A stretch of DNA of 64,000 nt, from the NCBI GenBank assembly GCA_964353135.1, contig CAYGTV010000003.1, positions 26,718-90,717 on the forward strand. Reading direction: 5' to 3'. The notes below the pieces were generated by a model. The model was given only the letters and a program-made list of their open reading frames with translations, was not told the origin of the DNA and searched no databases. This document shows positions 8,367 to 18,997 of the stretch, in pieces; positions within the stretch are counted from its first letter, which is position 1; the number at the start of each line of letters is the position of its first letter. The position numbers and the translations under genes are program-made. The DNA is from an uncultured Candidatus Saccharibacteria bacterium (GTDB lineage: Bacteria; Patescibacteriota; Minisyncoccia; Phycocordibacterales; UBA918).

Positions 8367-9554
8367 TTAAGTACTTTTTGGTTTTTGAAGAATTGGCAAA
8401 CTCTCAAACATCGGAACTTGCTCTCCCGTAAACGGAGCAAGCAAACTCCTTGTTTTTTCATGCCTCTTTGTGGCACGAGCGAGTTTGGTGGGTATGATTA
8501 ATGACGGCTTGGTATCATGAATCAGACCCTGCACCAGCGTCTCTGGACTGGTTCGCTCACGCAACCAAAACTGTCCGATGTCATAATAGGTGCCAGCAGG
8601 CACACCATACTTACACCAAGGAGCAATGGCGCAGCCACCACAAGAGCGATCATGTAGTCGGCGATACGCCGGAACGGCCCAATCAACATCGTGCGGCACA
8701 CGCACCTTTTTATCCTTGATAATACGACCGTCGCCCATCTCAACATCCATGTACGTGACACGAGACTTTGTATACGGAGCCTTACGACACAACTTTAGCG
8801 ACCAGAGCCAAATCACATCACCATATTCAACAGCGGTGAGACTAAACTCTCTTTGCAGCCACTTTGCCAACTCAATTCCGAGGTGTTCTACCGCCTCGAA
8901 TCGTATACGCACAGTTCCAAACACAACTATCATCATAGTCGATAGATATACACGTAGATGATGAAAATCAACCGGAGCAGAAAGTTCATTGTGAGGAATC
9001 AGTCCAGTGGCAGCCAAAAAGTAGCTCAGCATACTAGACATTTTCATCTGAAAACCTTTAAACCCACGATATCCGTTACGGCCAATGATCCTGTCATACA
9101 GCTCTTGCTCAGAGACAGTACCTTTGAAGATATTTCTTGGATCTGCATCCCAATCTTCCAACAGAACTATTGAATTGTCGAACCAAAAAACACCAATTTG
9201 ATCAAATCGCCAAGAGATGTACCCATACAAAATCAAACCAATTTCCCAAGGATTACTTTTCGCGACTTGCACAGGATCAAACAACCAACGTTCATTTTTC
9301 CAAAGTCGAATGAGTTGTTTGAAAGCATCACTACTGACAACTGTGCCACGCATATACAAACATGCGTAGAAGAGGAACAAAGCGAATTGCAGTGGTTTTG
9401 ACGCAATTTCTTTTGGAACCAAATTTTGCGGCAAATCAGTCTCTGGCCGATCGTACGGATACTTACCTCTATGATAGAGGTCAAGCATAGGCTCAAACGC
9501 TTCTCGCGCTCTGGCCTTGTCTATTTTTCCTTCTATCATCTTGTTTTCTCCCAA
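8367..9554 (-). CDS. Hypothetical 395-aa protein. A C-terminal CxxCx5C cluster resembles the EndoIII-type Fe-S loop; a DNA-glycosylase-like role is only speculation.
   Basis: ...HDRSCGGCAIAPWCKYG... with no other recognisable domain; intrinsic terminator hairpins at 8283-8300 and 8338-8369 follow the stop. Confidence 0.45.
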   Translation of the reverse strand: MGENKMIEGKIDKARAREAFEPMLDLYHRGKYPYDRPETDLPQNLVPKEIASKPLQFALFLFYACLYMRGTVVSSDAFKQLIRLWKNERWLFDPVQVAKSNPWEIGLILYGYISWRFDQIGVFWFDNSIVLLEDWDADPRNIFKGTVSEQELYDRIIGRNGYRGFKGFQMKMSSMLSYFLAATGLIPHNELSAPVDFHHLRVYLSTMMIVVFGTVRIRFEAVEHLGIELAKWLQREFSLTAVEYGDVIWLWSLKLCRKAPYTKSRVTYMDVEMGDGRIIKDKKVRVPHDVDWAVPAYRRLHDRSCGGCAIAPWCKYGVPAGTYYDIGQFWLRERTSPETLVQGLIHDTKPSLIIPTKLARATKRHEKTRSLLAPFTGEQVPMFESLPILQKPKST

Positions 9555-9772
9555 GTTTTACATTTGACCTTCCGAGTATCTATTCTCCTGATTTACTTAA
9601 TAAAGTCAAGAAAGGCAGCAGCAATGTCGGCTTGGGTTCTTTTATATCTGTAGAGACGACACATTTGACAAAAAGTAAACTAATATGTTTTCCATACTTT
9701 TTGCTAGAGGCACGCGACTGGACATGCGATACTGAGTGTAGACACCTTTACAATTACATAGTGGAGCTACCC

Positions 9773-10543
9773 ATGAACGACTTCCTGAGTGAAGCAGACG
9801 CTTTCGAGCAAGCTAGCAAAGCGTCGCCAACAGACGACTTTTTGCCAGACTACTCAGAGAGCGCAACTGCCCTCTCTGATCCATTCTACGAGTTCAAGCT
9901 TGACCGCTACCAAGTCAGCGAGGATGAGTACGAAAAGTACGGTATCATTCCTCTAACAAGAGGCTACTTTGCCGTTGTGTCCCGCAAAGAATATAAATTC
10001 GCAACAAGTTCCAAGTTGTTTGCAAACGTTCAACTGTGTCGTAAGACTGGTCGCATAGTCAAAATCTACGCCGCCCGCCGTTCAACTTCTCAAGAAATAA
10101 GGAATGGTGCGCCTCAATACATTTATTTGCATCGAGCACTCACCAAGACAGTATTTGCTGGAAAGCGAGTAATCGTTGACCACCAAAATGGCCAGTCTCT
10201 CGATTGCAGAACCAAGAACTTACGCATAACCAACCAAAGTAGCAACGTTGGAAATATCTCTGATGAGGTAGTGAACAAAAGAACTAAATACCACGGTCTT
10301 CCAAGAGGGGTGGAACCCCTCAAAAGATCGTGGGGTACTGCTTATAGGGCAACCGTTCGCATCCGAGGTCAGAGGATTAGATCGAAAACCACGTTCACTT
10401 GTCCAGAGCGGGCAGGTCGCTGGTTCAAGCGCATGAATGCAGTGTTGCGACCAGAGGCTTGTCTGGTGAATCCTAACATGGATCCACCTTCACCAATCAA
10501 GTTTCCACCCTTGGTGGAAGTGCTGACCGATGTTCCGTTTTAA
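9773..10543 (+). CDS. HNH endonuclease with C-terminal AP2 DNA-binding domain (free-standing homing-endonuclease type).
   Basis: HNH core YIYLHRALTKTV...VDHQNGQSLDCRTKNLRITN. AP2 domain GLPRGVEPLKRSWGTAYRATVRIRGQRIRSKTTFTCPERAGRWFKRMN. Start taken at the Met with GGAG 7 nt upstream; the ORF track version starts 47 codons earlier. Confidence 0.7.
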   Translation: MNDFLSEADAFEQASKASPTDDFLPDYSESATALSDPFYEFKLDRYQVSEDEYEKYGIIPLTRGYFAVVSRKEYKFATSSKLFANVQLCRKTGRIVKIYAARRSTSQEIRNGAPQYIYLHRALTKTVFAGKRVIVDHQNGQSLDCRTKNLRITNQSSNVGNISDEVVNKRTKYHGLPRGVEPLKRSWGTAYRATVRIRGQRIRSKTTFTCPERAGRWFKRMNAVLRPEACLVNPNMDPPSPIKFPPLVEVLTDVPF

Positions 10544-10553
10544 CAAGTTCCTT

Positions 10554-10579
10554 GAAGCCGCGGTGTGAACCGCGGCTTC
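10554..10579 (+). terminator. Terminator hairpin after the HNH gene.
   Basis: gaagccgcgg-tgtgaa-ccgcggcttc. Confidence 0.55.
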
Positions 10580-10613
10580 TTCACCCCTTGGTGACAGAAC
10601 TTGTATCAATCAA

Positions 10614-10644
10614 ACAAAAACCGTTAGCTGATTGCAAACGGTTT
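10614..10644 (+). terminator. Second terminator hairpin.
   Basis: aaaaaccgtt-agctgattgca-aacggttttt, then gttta ttttg. Confidence 0.6.
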
Positions 10645-10663
10645 TTGTTTATTTTGTTGTGGG

Positions 10664-10712
10664 GTGAGAAAGTCTGTGAGACTTTTGCAAGACCTTTTGA
10701 GAAATTTATTTT
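10664..10712. repeat. Copy 1 of the hairpin element ggtgagaaagtctgtgagacttttgcaagacc.
   Basis: See 62040..62092. Confidence 0.55.
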
Positions 10713-10916
10713 CCAAAAGATGTATAGGTTCTGTAAGAACCTGAATCGTCCCAGAATAGCGGCTCGTTTATTTCACTTCGTTCATAAACCAGACTCGCTT
10801 TCTTGGACGGCTCCTCGAATTTTTATTCGCCTGAACAGCTCATAAAAATATACTCCGGAGCTTCGATTCCGGAAGAAAACAAAACTATTTGTTTTCTGCC
10901 CCGCACATTAAGCAAA

Positions 10917-10946
10917 GAAAAACACCAATATAAAATCGGTGTTTTT
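10917..10946. terminator. Terminator downstream (minus-strand sense) of the intron-containing tRNA.
   Basis: aaaaacacc-aatataaaatc-ggtgttttt. Confidence 0.6.
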
Positions 10947-10955
10947 CTTTACTTG

Positions 10956-11284
10956 TTGCGGGGCCCGGAATCGAACCGGGGTCTGGAGGTTCTGTTCTTC
11001 CAACACTTTCATGCTGGCATGGACTATCCCATATTCCTTAGCCTAACTAGTAGGAATTTTTCATTATAGTCTCTGAACCTTCCGTCCGCCTAGGCGGAGG
11101 GCTTGGCTGCCGATTGCCGAATCTTGTTTATTTTAAAGCATTCACGCTTACCCTCTCGAGTTACGTTGTAGCTAAACAAGCTCTCACGGTGTTCCAGCAA
11201 TTTCGAAAATTTTTCCACATAATATTTCTACTATGGGTCACAGTTACCCATGAGCCTCCCGAGATACCTCTTCTCTACCCCGCT
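10956..11284 (-). tRNA. tRNA-Met/fMet (anticodon CAT) split by a group I intron. Exon 1 is 11250..11284, exon 2 is 10956..10991.
   Basis: Exons join to AGCGGGG-TA-GAGA-AGAGGTA-TCTC-G-GGAGG-CTCAT|AA-CCTCC-AGAC-CCCGG-TTCGATT-CCGGG-CCCCGCA-A. The anticodon loop CTCATAA is identical to the tRNA-Met at 5038..5111. A11:U24 and a 1:72 mismatch are initiator-like. The intron sits directly 3' of anticodon nucleotide U36. Confidence 0.7.
10992..11249 (-). ncRNA. Group I self-splicing intron (~258 nt) inside the tRNA(CAT) anticodon loop.
   Basis: Follows an exon U and ends in G (..GAACAG|AA). Carries the canonical P7 elements: R GGTTCAGAGACTA (forward 11067-11079) and S GGATAGTCC (11021-11029). A P4/P5-like GGCAATCGGCAGCCAAGCC resembles GGCAATCCTGAGCCAA of cyanobacterial tRNA-Leu introns. 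No internal ORF. Confidence 0.7.
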
Positions 11285-11381
11285 ATATATTTATTCAGTT
11301 GTGACCGAGAGTGTAACACTACCAGATTCTATTGTCTAGCAAATAAACACACATGGTATAATTACCTCCGAACTATAGAGC

Positions 11382-12056
11382 ATGGCAAAAATAAAAGAAA
11401 AAGAATCTGCATTACAACTTCGCAAAGAAGGCACGAGCATAAAGCAGATAGCAAGACTGCTGAGTGTAAGCCCTAGTACAGTTAGCGTATGGTGTCGTGA
11501 TATCCAACTATCAAAAGAGGCTATTAGCAGACTTACCCTGTCAGGAAATGACCAAGCTACTGCTGCTTTGATTGCCTACTCACAAGCAAAACGCGAGACT
11601 AGAGAAAATAATACTAAAAATAATTACGCTGTAGGAGCAAAGTTGATCGGAGGGCTATCTGACAGAGACGTACTCTGTATTGGCCTAGGTTTGTACTGGG
11701 GTGAAGGTTACAAAAATGGTAATCGAGAATTTGGTTTCACTAATAGTGATCCAGCTATGATCCAATTTTATATACATTGGTTACAAACTGTATTTAACAT
11801 ACCTACCACAGATTTAACTTTACGAGTCAGTATTAACGATCAGCACACAAATCGAATAGATATTGTGGAGAAATATTGGGCAAAAATCACTAATGTTCCT
11901 CTGAATCAATTCACAAAATCGAGTTTGATTAAAACGTTATCAAAAAAACACTATTCAAACCATCATAGGCATTATGGCACTCTTAGAATTAAAGTAAAAC
12001 TTGGTAGTGACTACCGAGAGCAAATACTAGGTGCAATTGAGCATATAAAAATTTAG
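11382..12056 (+). CDS. Putative LAGLIDADG-type homing endonuclease with N-terminal HTH domain; moderate confidence.
   Basis: N-terminal HTH (TSIKQIARLLSVSPSTVSVWCRD). Central single motif ...VLCIGLGLYWGEGYKNG (GLxxxGDG-like, Glu in place of Asp) followed by an I-CreI-like helper region. Divergently placed ~100 nt from the 5' end of the intron-bearing tRNA. Confidence 0.4.
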   Translation: MAKIKEKESALQLRKEGTSIKQIARLLSVSPSTVSVWCRDIQLSKEAISRLTLSGNDQATAALIAYSQAKRETRENNTKNNYAVGAKLIGGLSDRDVLCIGLGLYWGEGYKNGNREFGFTNSDPAMIQFYIHWLQTVFNIPTTDLTLRVSINDQHTNRIDIVEKYWAKITNVPLNQFTKSSLIKTLSKKHYSNHHRHYGTLRIKVKLGSDYREQILGAIEHIKI

Positions 12057-12742
12057 TCTACGCCAAATTCTCGAAAAACGCGCATGTAGCGGGCAATGGT
12101 CTCATCCGCAATTCGGCGCGTTACCACAAAATCGGCTCCTTCGTGAGCAATTTTATTTCGTACTCGGTGAGCATCCCATACATCGTCGATACTAGTAAGC
12201 TGACTAGGTGTGATGCTGCGCAATCTTTCTCCAAGTGAGTTTCCAGCATACCCTCGATCTTTTAGGGTTTGATCGAGGATTATGTCAGCCTCAATAATCG
12301 CCAACTTCCAGTCATTGGGATTTTCTGAGAGTGCGTGCTGCTGGATGTCATCAAGTCGGCCATGTTTTTTAGAAGCTCCATACGTTTCGTTCCAAATTTG
12401 ATAGTCATCCTGCATTCGCTGTTCTATTAACCCTTCGTAGTACTCTTTTCGGATGGTCGCATAAATATAGAGAATGATGAAAATCAGCGAGAGCAAGTAA
12501 GCTATAAACGTGTAGATTGACCACAACCAAGCCAATACCCCCAAAATACCACCCCCAAACAACCAGGCCCAAAATTCATTTCCACCGAAAATGGCCGCCC
12601 AGAGATCGCCAAGGAAATTGGAAGACTCGAAACCAACGTCGCCACTAGGTATATTACCCTCAGGCAGGTCACCATCAATTGGCGGCGGACGTGGGATCAG
12701 CTCTTGTCGGGGGTCAATGTTATTTTGTAGAAAGCGTAGCAT
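12053..12742 (-). CDS. Membrane-anchored HEPN-domain protein (DUF4145-like); last gene of the ligA-gatC-gatA transcription unit.
   Basis: Two transmembrane helices (WAAIFGG...ILGVLAWLWSIYTFIAYLLSLIFIILYIY), then a cytoplasmic domain with the HEPN Rx4H motif in ...DVWDAHRVRNKIAHEG... Start taken at MLRFLQ (12742); the track ORF extends into gatA. Confidence 0.5.
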   Translation of the reverse strand: MLRFLQNNIDPRQELIPRPPPIDGDLPEGNIPSGDVGFESSNFLGDLWAAIFGGNEFWAWLFGGGILGVLAWLWSIYTFIAYLLSLIFIILYIYATIRKEYYEGLIEQRMQDDYQIWNETYGASKKHGRLDDIQQHALSENPNDWKLAIIEADIILDQTLKDRGYAGNSLGERLRSITPSQLTSIDDVWDAHRVRNKIAHEGADFVVTRRIADETIARYMRVFREFGVD

Positions 12743-14153
12743 CGTAGATTCGCACTCCAGCGTCGAACAGTCGTTCATCTCCGGCATGTGGTGCTATATA
12801 TTGTACCCCAACCGGGAGTGACTTACCGTCCCGCTGTACAGTACCCATCGGGAAAGAAATTGCTGGTACACCAGTTAGGTTCACTGGAACCGTGAAAACA
12901 TCTTGGCGATACATAGATAATGGATCTTCTTGCTCACCAATTTTAAATGCCGGAGTCGGCGCGGTTGGAGTCAAAATCATATCAACAGTTGCAAACACAC
13001 TAGCTAGCTCTTCTCGCATTTTTCGCCGGGCGATTTCCGCTTTTCCATAGTATGCATCATAGTACCCAGAAGAAAGCACATGGGTTCCAAGCAAGATTCG
13101 TCGTTTAACCTCAGCACCAAAACCTTCAGCTCGTGATTTTTCGTACACTTCAAGTAAATCTTTGGCTTCAGTGGTCGAGTGACCGTACCGAATTCCGTCG
13201 TACCGAGCCAAGTTAGACGATACCTCTGCTGGCATCACGATGTAGTATGCCGCCAGTCCTTTTTCAAATAGCGGTAATTCGATATCGACTACCTTGTGTC
13301 CAGCTACTTTGAGTGACTCAACATGAGTATTGAATGCTTCCAGCACATCAGGATCAATCCCTTCAGCTAGGAATGCTTTTGGTACACCAAACGTATAGGT
13401 TTCTTTTGTCTCGACTACCGGGTACGTATCATCCTCGATGGTTGTCCCGTCCATCGGATCTAACCCAGCCATTGTGTCATGTAGCAATTTTGCATCGGCC
13501 ACACTGTGCGTGAGTGGACCAGCCTGATCGAGACTCGACCCCATTGCCATCAAACCATACCGGGACACCGCACCATAGGTTGGTTTATATCCAACCAAAC
13601 CACAATAGCTGGCAGGCTGCCGGACTGATCCACCAGTGTCAGTTCCAATCGCTGCAGGAACCATGTTGGCAGCCACCGCTGCGGCTGATCCGCCTGATGA
13701 ACCGCCAGGCACCCGATCAGTATCATGTGGGTTTTTAGTTACACCAAACGCTGAATTTTCGGTCGAGCCACCCATTGCAAACTCGTCCATGTTGGCTGAT
13801 CCAATAAAAATTGCCCCTGCATCGCGCAAACGCCCGATAATAGTCGCGTCATAAATCGCAGTGTAATTTTCGAGCATTTTAGAAGCAGCAGTAGCAATAT
13901 GATCTTTGATCAAAATATTGTTTTTGATTGCCAGTGGAATACCAAGAAGCGGCTTACCTTCTGTATCACCAGCTGCATAAGCTGCGGTCGCTGCTTCAGC
14001 TGCTGCAAGTGCTTCTTCTTTATAGGTATGCAAAAAAGCGTGAATATTAGCATCCGTAGATTCGATTGTAGCGAGATAGTCAGTCACCGCCTGCGTTGGT
14101 GTATATGATCCATCTGTGTAACCAGCTATCAATTCTGAGATTGTTTTATACAT
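12720..14153 (-). CDS. gatA: Glutamyl-tRNA(Gln) amidotransferase subunit A (amidase signature family).
   Basis: Amidase signature GGSSGGSAAAVAA; 477 aa; follows gatC. Confidence 0.9.
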   Translation of the reverse strand: MYKTISELIAGYTDGSYTPTQAVTDYLATIESTDANIHAFLHTYKEEALAAAEAATAAYAAGDTEGKPLLGIPLAIKNNILIKDHIATAASKMLENYTAIYDATIIGRLRDAGAIFIGSANMDEFAMGGSTENSAFGVTKNPHDTDRVPGGSSGGSAAAVAANMVPAAIGTDTGGSVRQPASYCGLVGYKPTYGAVSRYGLMAMGSSLDQAGPLTHSVADAKLLHDTMAGLDPMDGTTIEDDTYPVVETKETYTFGVPKAFLAEGIDPDVLEAFNTHVESLKVAGHKVVDIELPLFEKGLAAYYIVMPAEVSSNLARYDGIRYGHSTTEAKDLLEVYEKSRAEGFGAEVKRRILLGTHVLSSGYYDAYYGKAEIARRKMREELASVFATVDMILTPTAPTPAFKIGEQEDPLSMYRQDVFTVPVNLTGVPAISFPMGTVQRDGKSLPVGVQYIAPHAGDERLFDAGVRIYDATLSTK

Positions 14154-14157
14154 AACC

Positions 14158-14457
14158 TTATTTTGCTTTCATGATTTTCTTAACCAGCATGTGTCGCCCA
14201 GATGTCTGAGGCATTTCTCGCAACGCTGCTTCTGTATACTCTTCTGGCTGATTAGTGACCACATCATCGCGTAGTACGTTATAGCGTGCTCCTACCTGAG
14301 GTTCAGCTGCAGCCTCGTCAGCCGCTAATTCAGACACCACACTAACGTAATCAACAATTTGCGCGATCTCATCTGTGTAGGCAGTTACTTCTGCGTCAGT
14401 AAGTTCTATTCGGGCCAAGCTGGCCAAATGTTTAGTATCATCAGCTTTCATGTGCAC
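14158..14457 (-). CDS. gatC: Asp/Glu-tRNA amidotransferase subunit C.
   Basis: 99-aa acidic protein immediately upstream of gatA with GatC-like C-terminus. Confidence 0.7.
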   Translation of the reverse strand: MHMKADDTKHLASLARIELTDAEVTAYTDEIAQIVDYVSVVSELAADEAAAEPQVGARYNVLRDDVVTNQPEEYTEAALREMPQTSGRHMLVKKIMKAK

Positions 14458-14484
14458 TAGCGTAGCATGATTTACATACCGTCG

Positions 14485-17076
<2,592 letters not shown>

Positions 17077-17096
<20 letters not shown>

Positions 17097-17682
17097 ATAA
17101 ATAGGTCACCGCCTGGACTTGCTGAGTACCACGCTGTCCATCGCTACGCCATGTTACCGTCGACACTACTTGCACCTGTCCGGTAGCAGTTTCTTCCATA
17201 GCTACAACCCGAGTGTACCGCGACGGAATATTACCAGCCCCTCCAACATGCGTGTAGGCGGAGCGTTGCTCAGGGGTACTATTAAAATACAATCGGCAGT
17301 TAGGGTGCTCGGCGGTAGGACAGCTATATACTCTCACTGAACCGACCAAATCAGTCGCTTGATCGATACCACATCCACCATTAAAACATTCTTGCAAAAC
17401 CCCAGAACTAGAAATATCTGTAAAATCATTCCACGCATTTCCACTTGGACGAGGGATGGCAAACTTGGGGATCAGGAGGTCATCTCGAACCGACTGAGCC
17501 AGCTCCAAGCCTTCTTGAGCTAAGAAAAATGCCATAACTTGATCGTTAGCAAAATTTGTACTTCGGGCAGAATTAGACACCAGGGTAAGTGGTCCCGTGA
17601 TCACGATTAGTAAAATTGTAATCGCCACCAGTGTTTCCACCAAGCTAAAACCAGATTGACTGTTTGTTTGTAAGTGGATCAT
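17077..17682 (-). CDS. Prepilin-type N-terminal cleavage/methylation domain protein (minor pilin).
   Basis: SQSGFSLVETLVAITILLIV class III signal. Confidence 0.65.
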
Positions 17683-18368
17683 ATGTCTAACGTTCGTTGA
17701 GTGACAGTTGTCTGGATCAGATACATACGATCCCTCGCACTGTCAGCCAAAAAATCTTCTTCTGAATTATAAGCCTCAATCACTATAGACATTTTAGGCT
17801 GCAATTGGTCTCCGGCACTGGTTCGTTCTGAACCAGACACAAAGAAATCAACATCACTAATATAGATACCATCAGATACGATTGACTTGGCATCCTCTCC
17901 ACTAAGCCGTCTATACAGCTTCCCTTCCTCCCGATCATGGAAATACGCAATTCTCGAACTACCTGTACCACCAGTCACACTACTGCCCCCCTCAGAGAAG
18001 GCAACCCCATGAAACCGAAAACCGTTTGGATTGCTAGAGTTCCCCACGTCTCCTGCGGGGCAATCACCCACCAAACTAGCTGTGAGTGACACTCCGTCCG
18101 TAAAAATCTGATTACTTCCCGATGTGGTACCGGCTGCACAATAATAGTTTGTACCCGTTCTGATTTCGCGAGTCATACTATCGAGTGCAAACGAGAGGTT
18201 GGACAAGACGCTTTGTTCGTTCTGTAGCTGACGGTTAGAAGCAATCAGGATGAGCAGTGCACCAACCGCAATAGTGATCACAACCGAAAAAAGTGCGAGT
18301 GATACGATGATCTCGATGAGAGTAAAGCCAGATTGTTTTTTTTGATTTGTACGCATATTTGTTAGCAT
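17679..18368 (-). CDS. Prepilin-type minor pilin.
   Basis: KKQSGFTLIEIIVSLALF. Confidence 0.7.
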   Translation of the reverse strand: MLTNMRTNQKKQSGFTLIEIIVSLALFSVVITIAVGALLILIASNRQLQNEQSVLSNLSFALDSMTREIRTGTNYYCAAGTTSGSNQIFTDGVSLTASLVGDCPAGDVGNSSNPNGFRFHGVAFSEGGSSVTGGTGSSRIAYFHDREEGKLYRRLSGEDAKSIVSDGIYISDVDFFVSGSERTSAGDQLQPKMSIVIEAYNSEEDFLADSARDRMYLIQTTVTQRTLDI

Positions 18369-18997
18369 TCTAGAACTGAGATCTGTCCAGCTGAACTCAC
18401 TTCGATCTGGCGAATATCTTCACCGCAGACAGTTCCGCTACCTCCACGCAACCCAATAGTGATTAGCACAACTGGCACGTTGGATATCGACCCAGGATTG
18501 TTGTTTCTGTTACGCACAAACACGGCGTCAAAGTTAGGGCGCTGAAATACGATCGATAATTCACTGCCGATTGAATTTGGTTCAATGCTGCGTATTTCAA
18601 ACCGTGGATCTAGTAAGCCGGAAAAGCCGATGTCTTCGCCCGGATCCCAAAAATTATTGTTGTTTGGGTCGGCAGCCAGTGTAGTATCACGGAACAAACG
18701 GTATTGCTGATTTTCTCCTTCATTGAAATACACCCCCTGAACCGCCCGAAATTCCCCACTACCATCACTCGCGGAACTAATTGCTCCAAGTTGAATTTCT
18801 CGCATTGCAAGTGCTATCTCATACGCTTGACTGCGAAGTAGCACTGCACCATTAAACGCTTGCTGCCTAGTCACAACCACTGAAAGCACCAGTACAACTA
18901 TGCCGATACTCACCATTAATTCCACCATCGAAAAACCGGCGTTTTTTGGAGTACGACTGTGTTTTTTGTTAAACAAAACTGAAAAGCGATAAAACAT
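18362..18997 (-). CDS. Prepilin-type minor pilin.
   Basis: KNAGFSMVELMVSIGIVVLVL. Confidence 0.65.
   Translation of the reverse strand: MFYRFSVLFNKKHSRTPKNAGFSMVELMVSIGIVVLVLSVVVTRQQAFNGAVLLRSQAYEIALAMREIQLGAISSASDGSGEFRAVQGVYFNEGENQQYRLFRDTTLAADPNNNNFWDPGEDIGFSGLLDPRFEIRSIEPNSIGSELSIVFQRPNFDAVFVRNRNNNPGSISNVPVVLITIGLRGGSGTVCGEDIRQIEVSSAGQISVLEC

Noticed and set aside
8234-8476. 80-aa minus-strand ORF between the methyltransferase and the 395-aa gene.
   Set aside because: It overlaps the start of the methyltransferase and the terminator hairpins (8283-8300, 8338-8369) and has no homology.
10955-11300. tRNA-like 3' end (CCCGGTTCGATTCCGGG) considered as a tmRNA (ssrA), SRP RNA or tRNA pseudogene fragment.
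   Set aside because: No tag reading frame (no ...AA-stop resume/tag codons) and no tmRNA 5' GGGG acceptor. The GGCAGCCAAG similarity to SRP RNA is in the wrong order relative to GGAAGG. The sequence resolves cleanly as two tRNA exons around a group I intron with R/S elements.
12743-12787. N-terminal 15-codon extension of the HEPN ORF (track start 12787).
   Set aside because: It would overlap the last ~22 codons of gatA. The internal Met (MLRFLQ, 12742) gives a normal short overlap.
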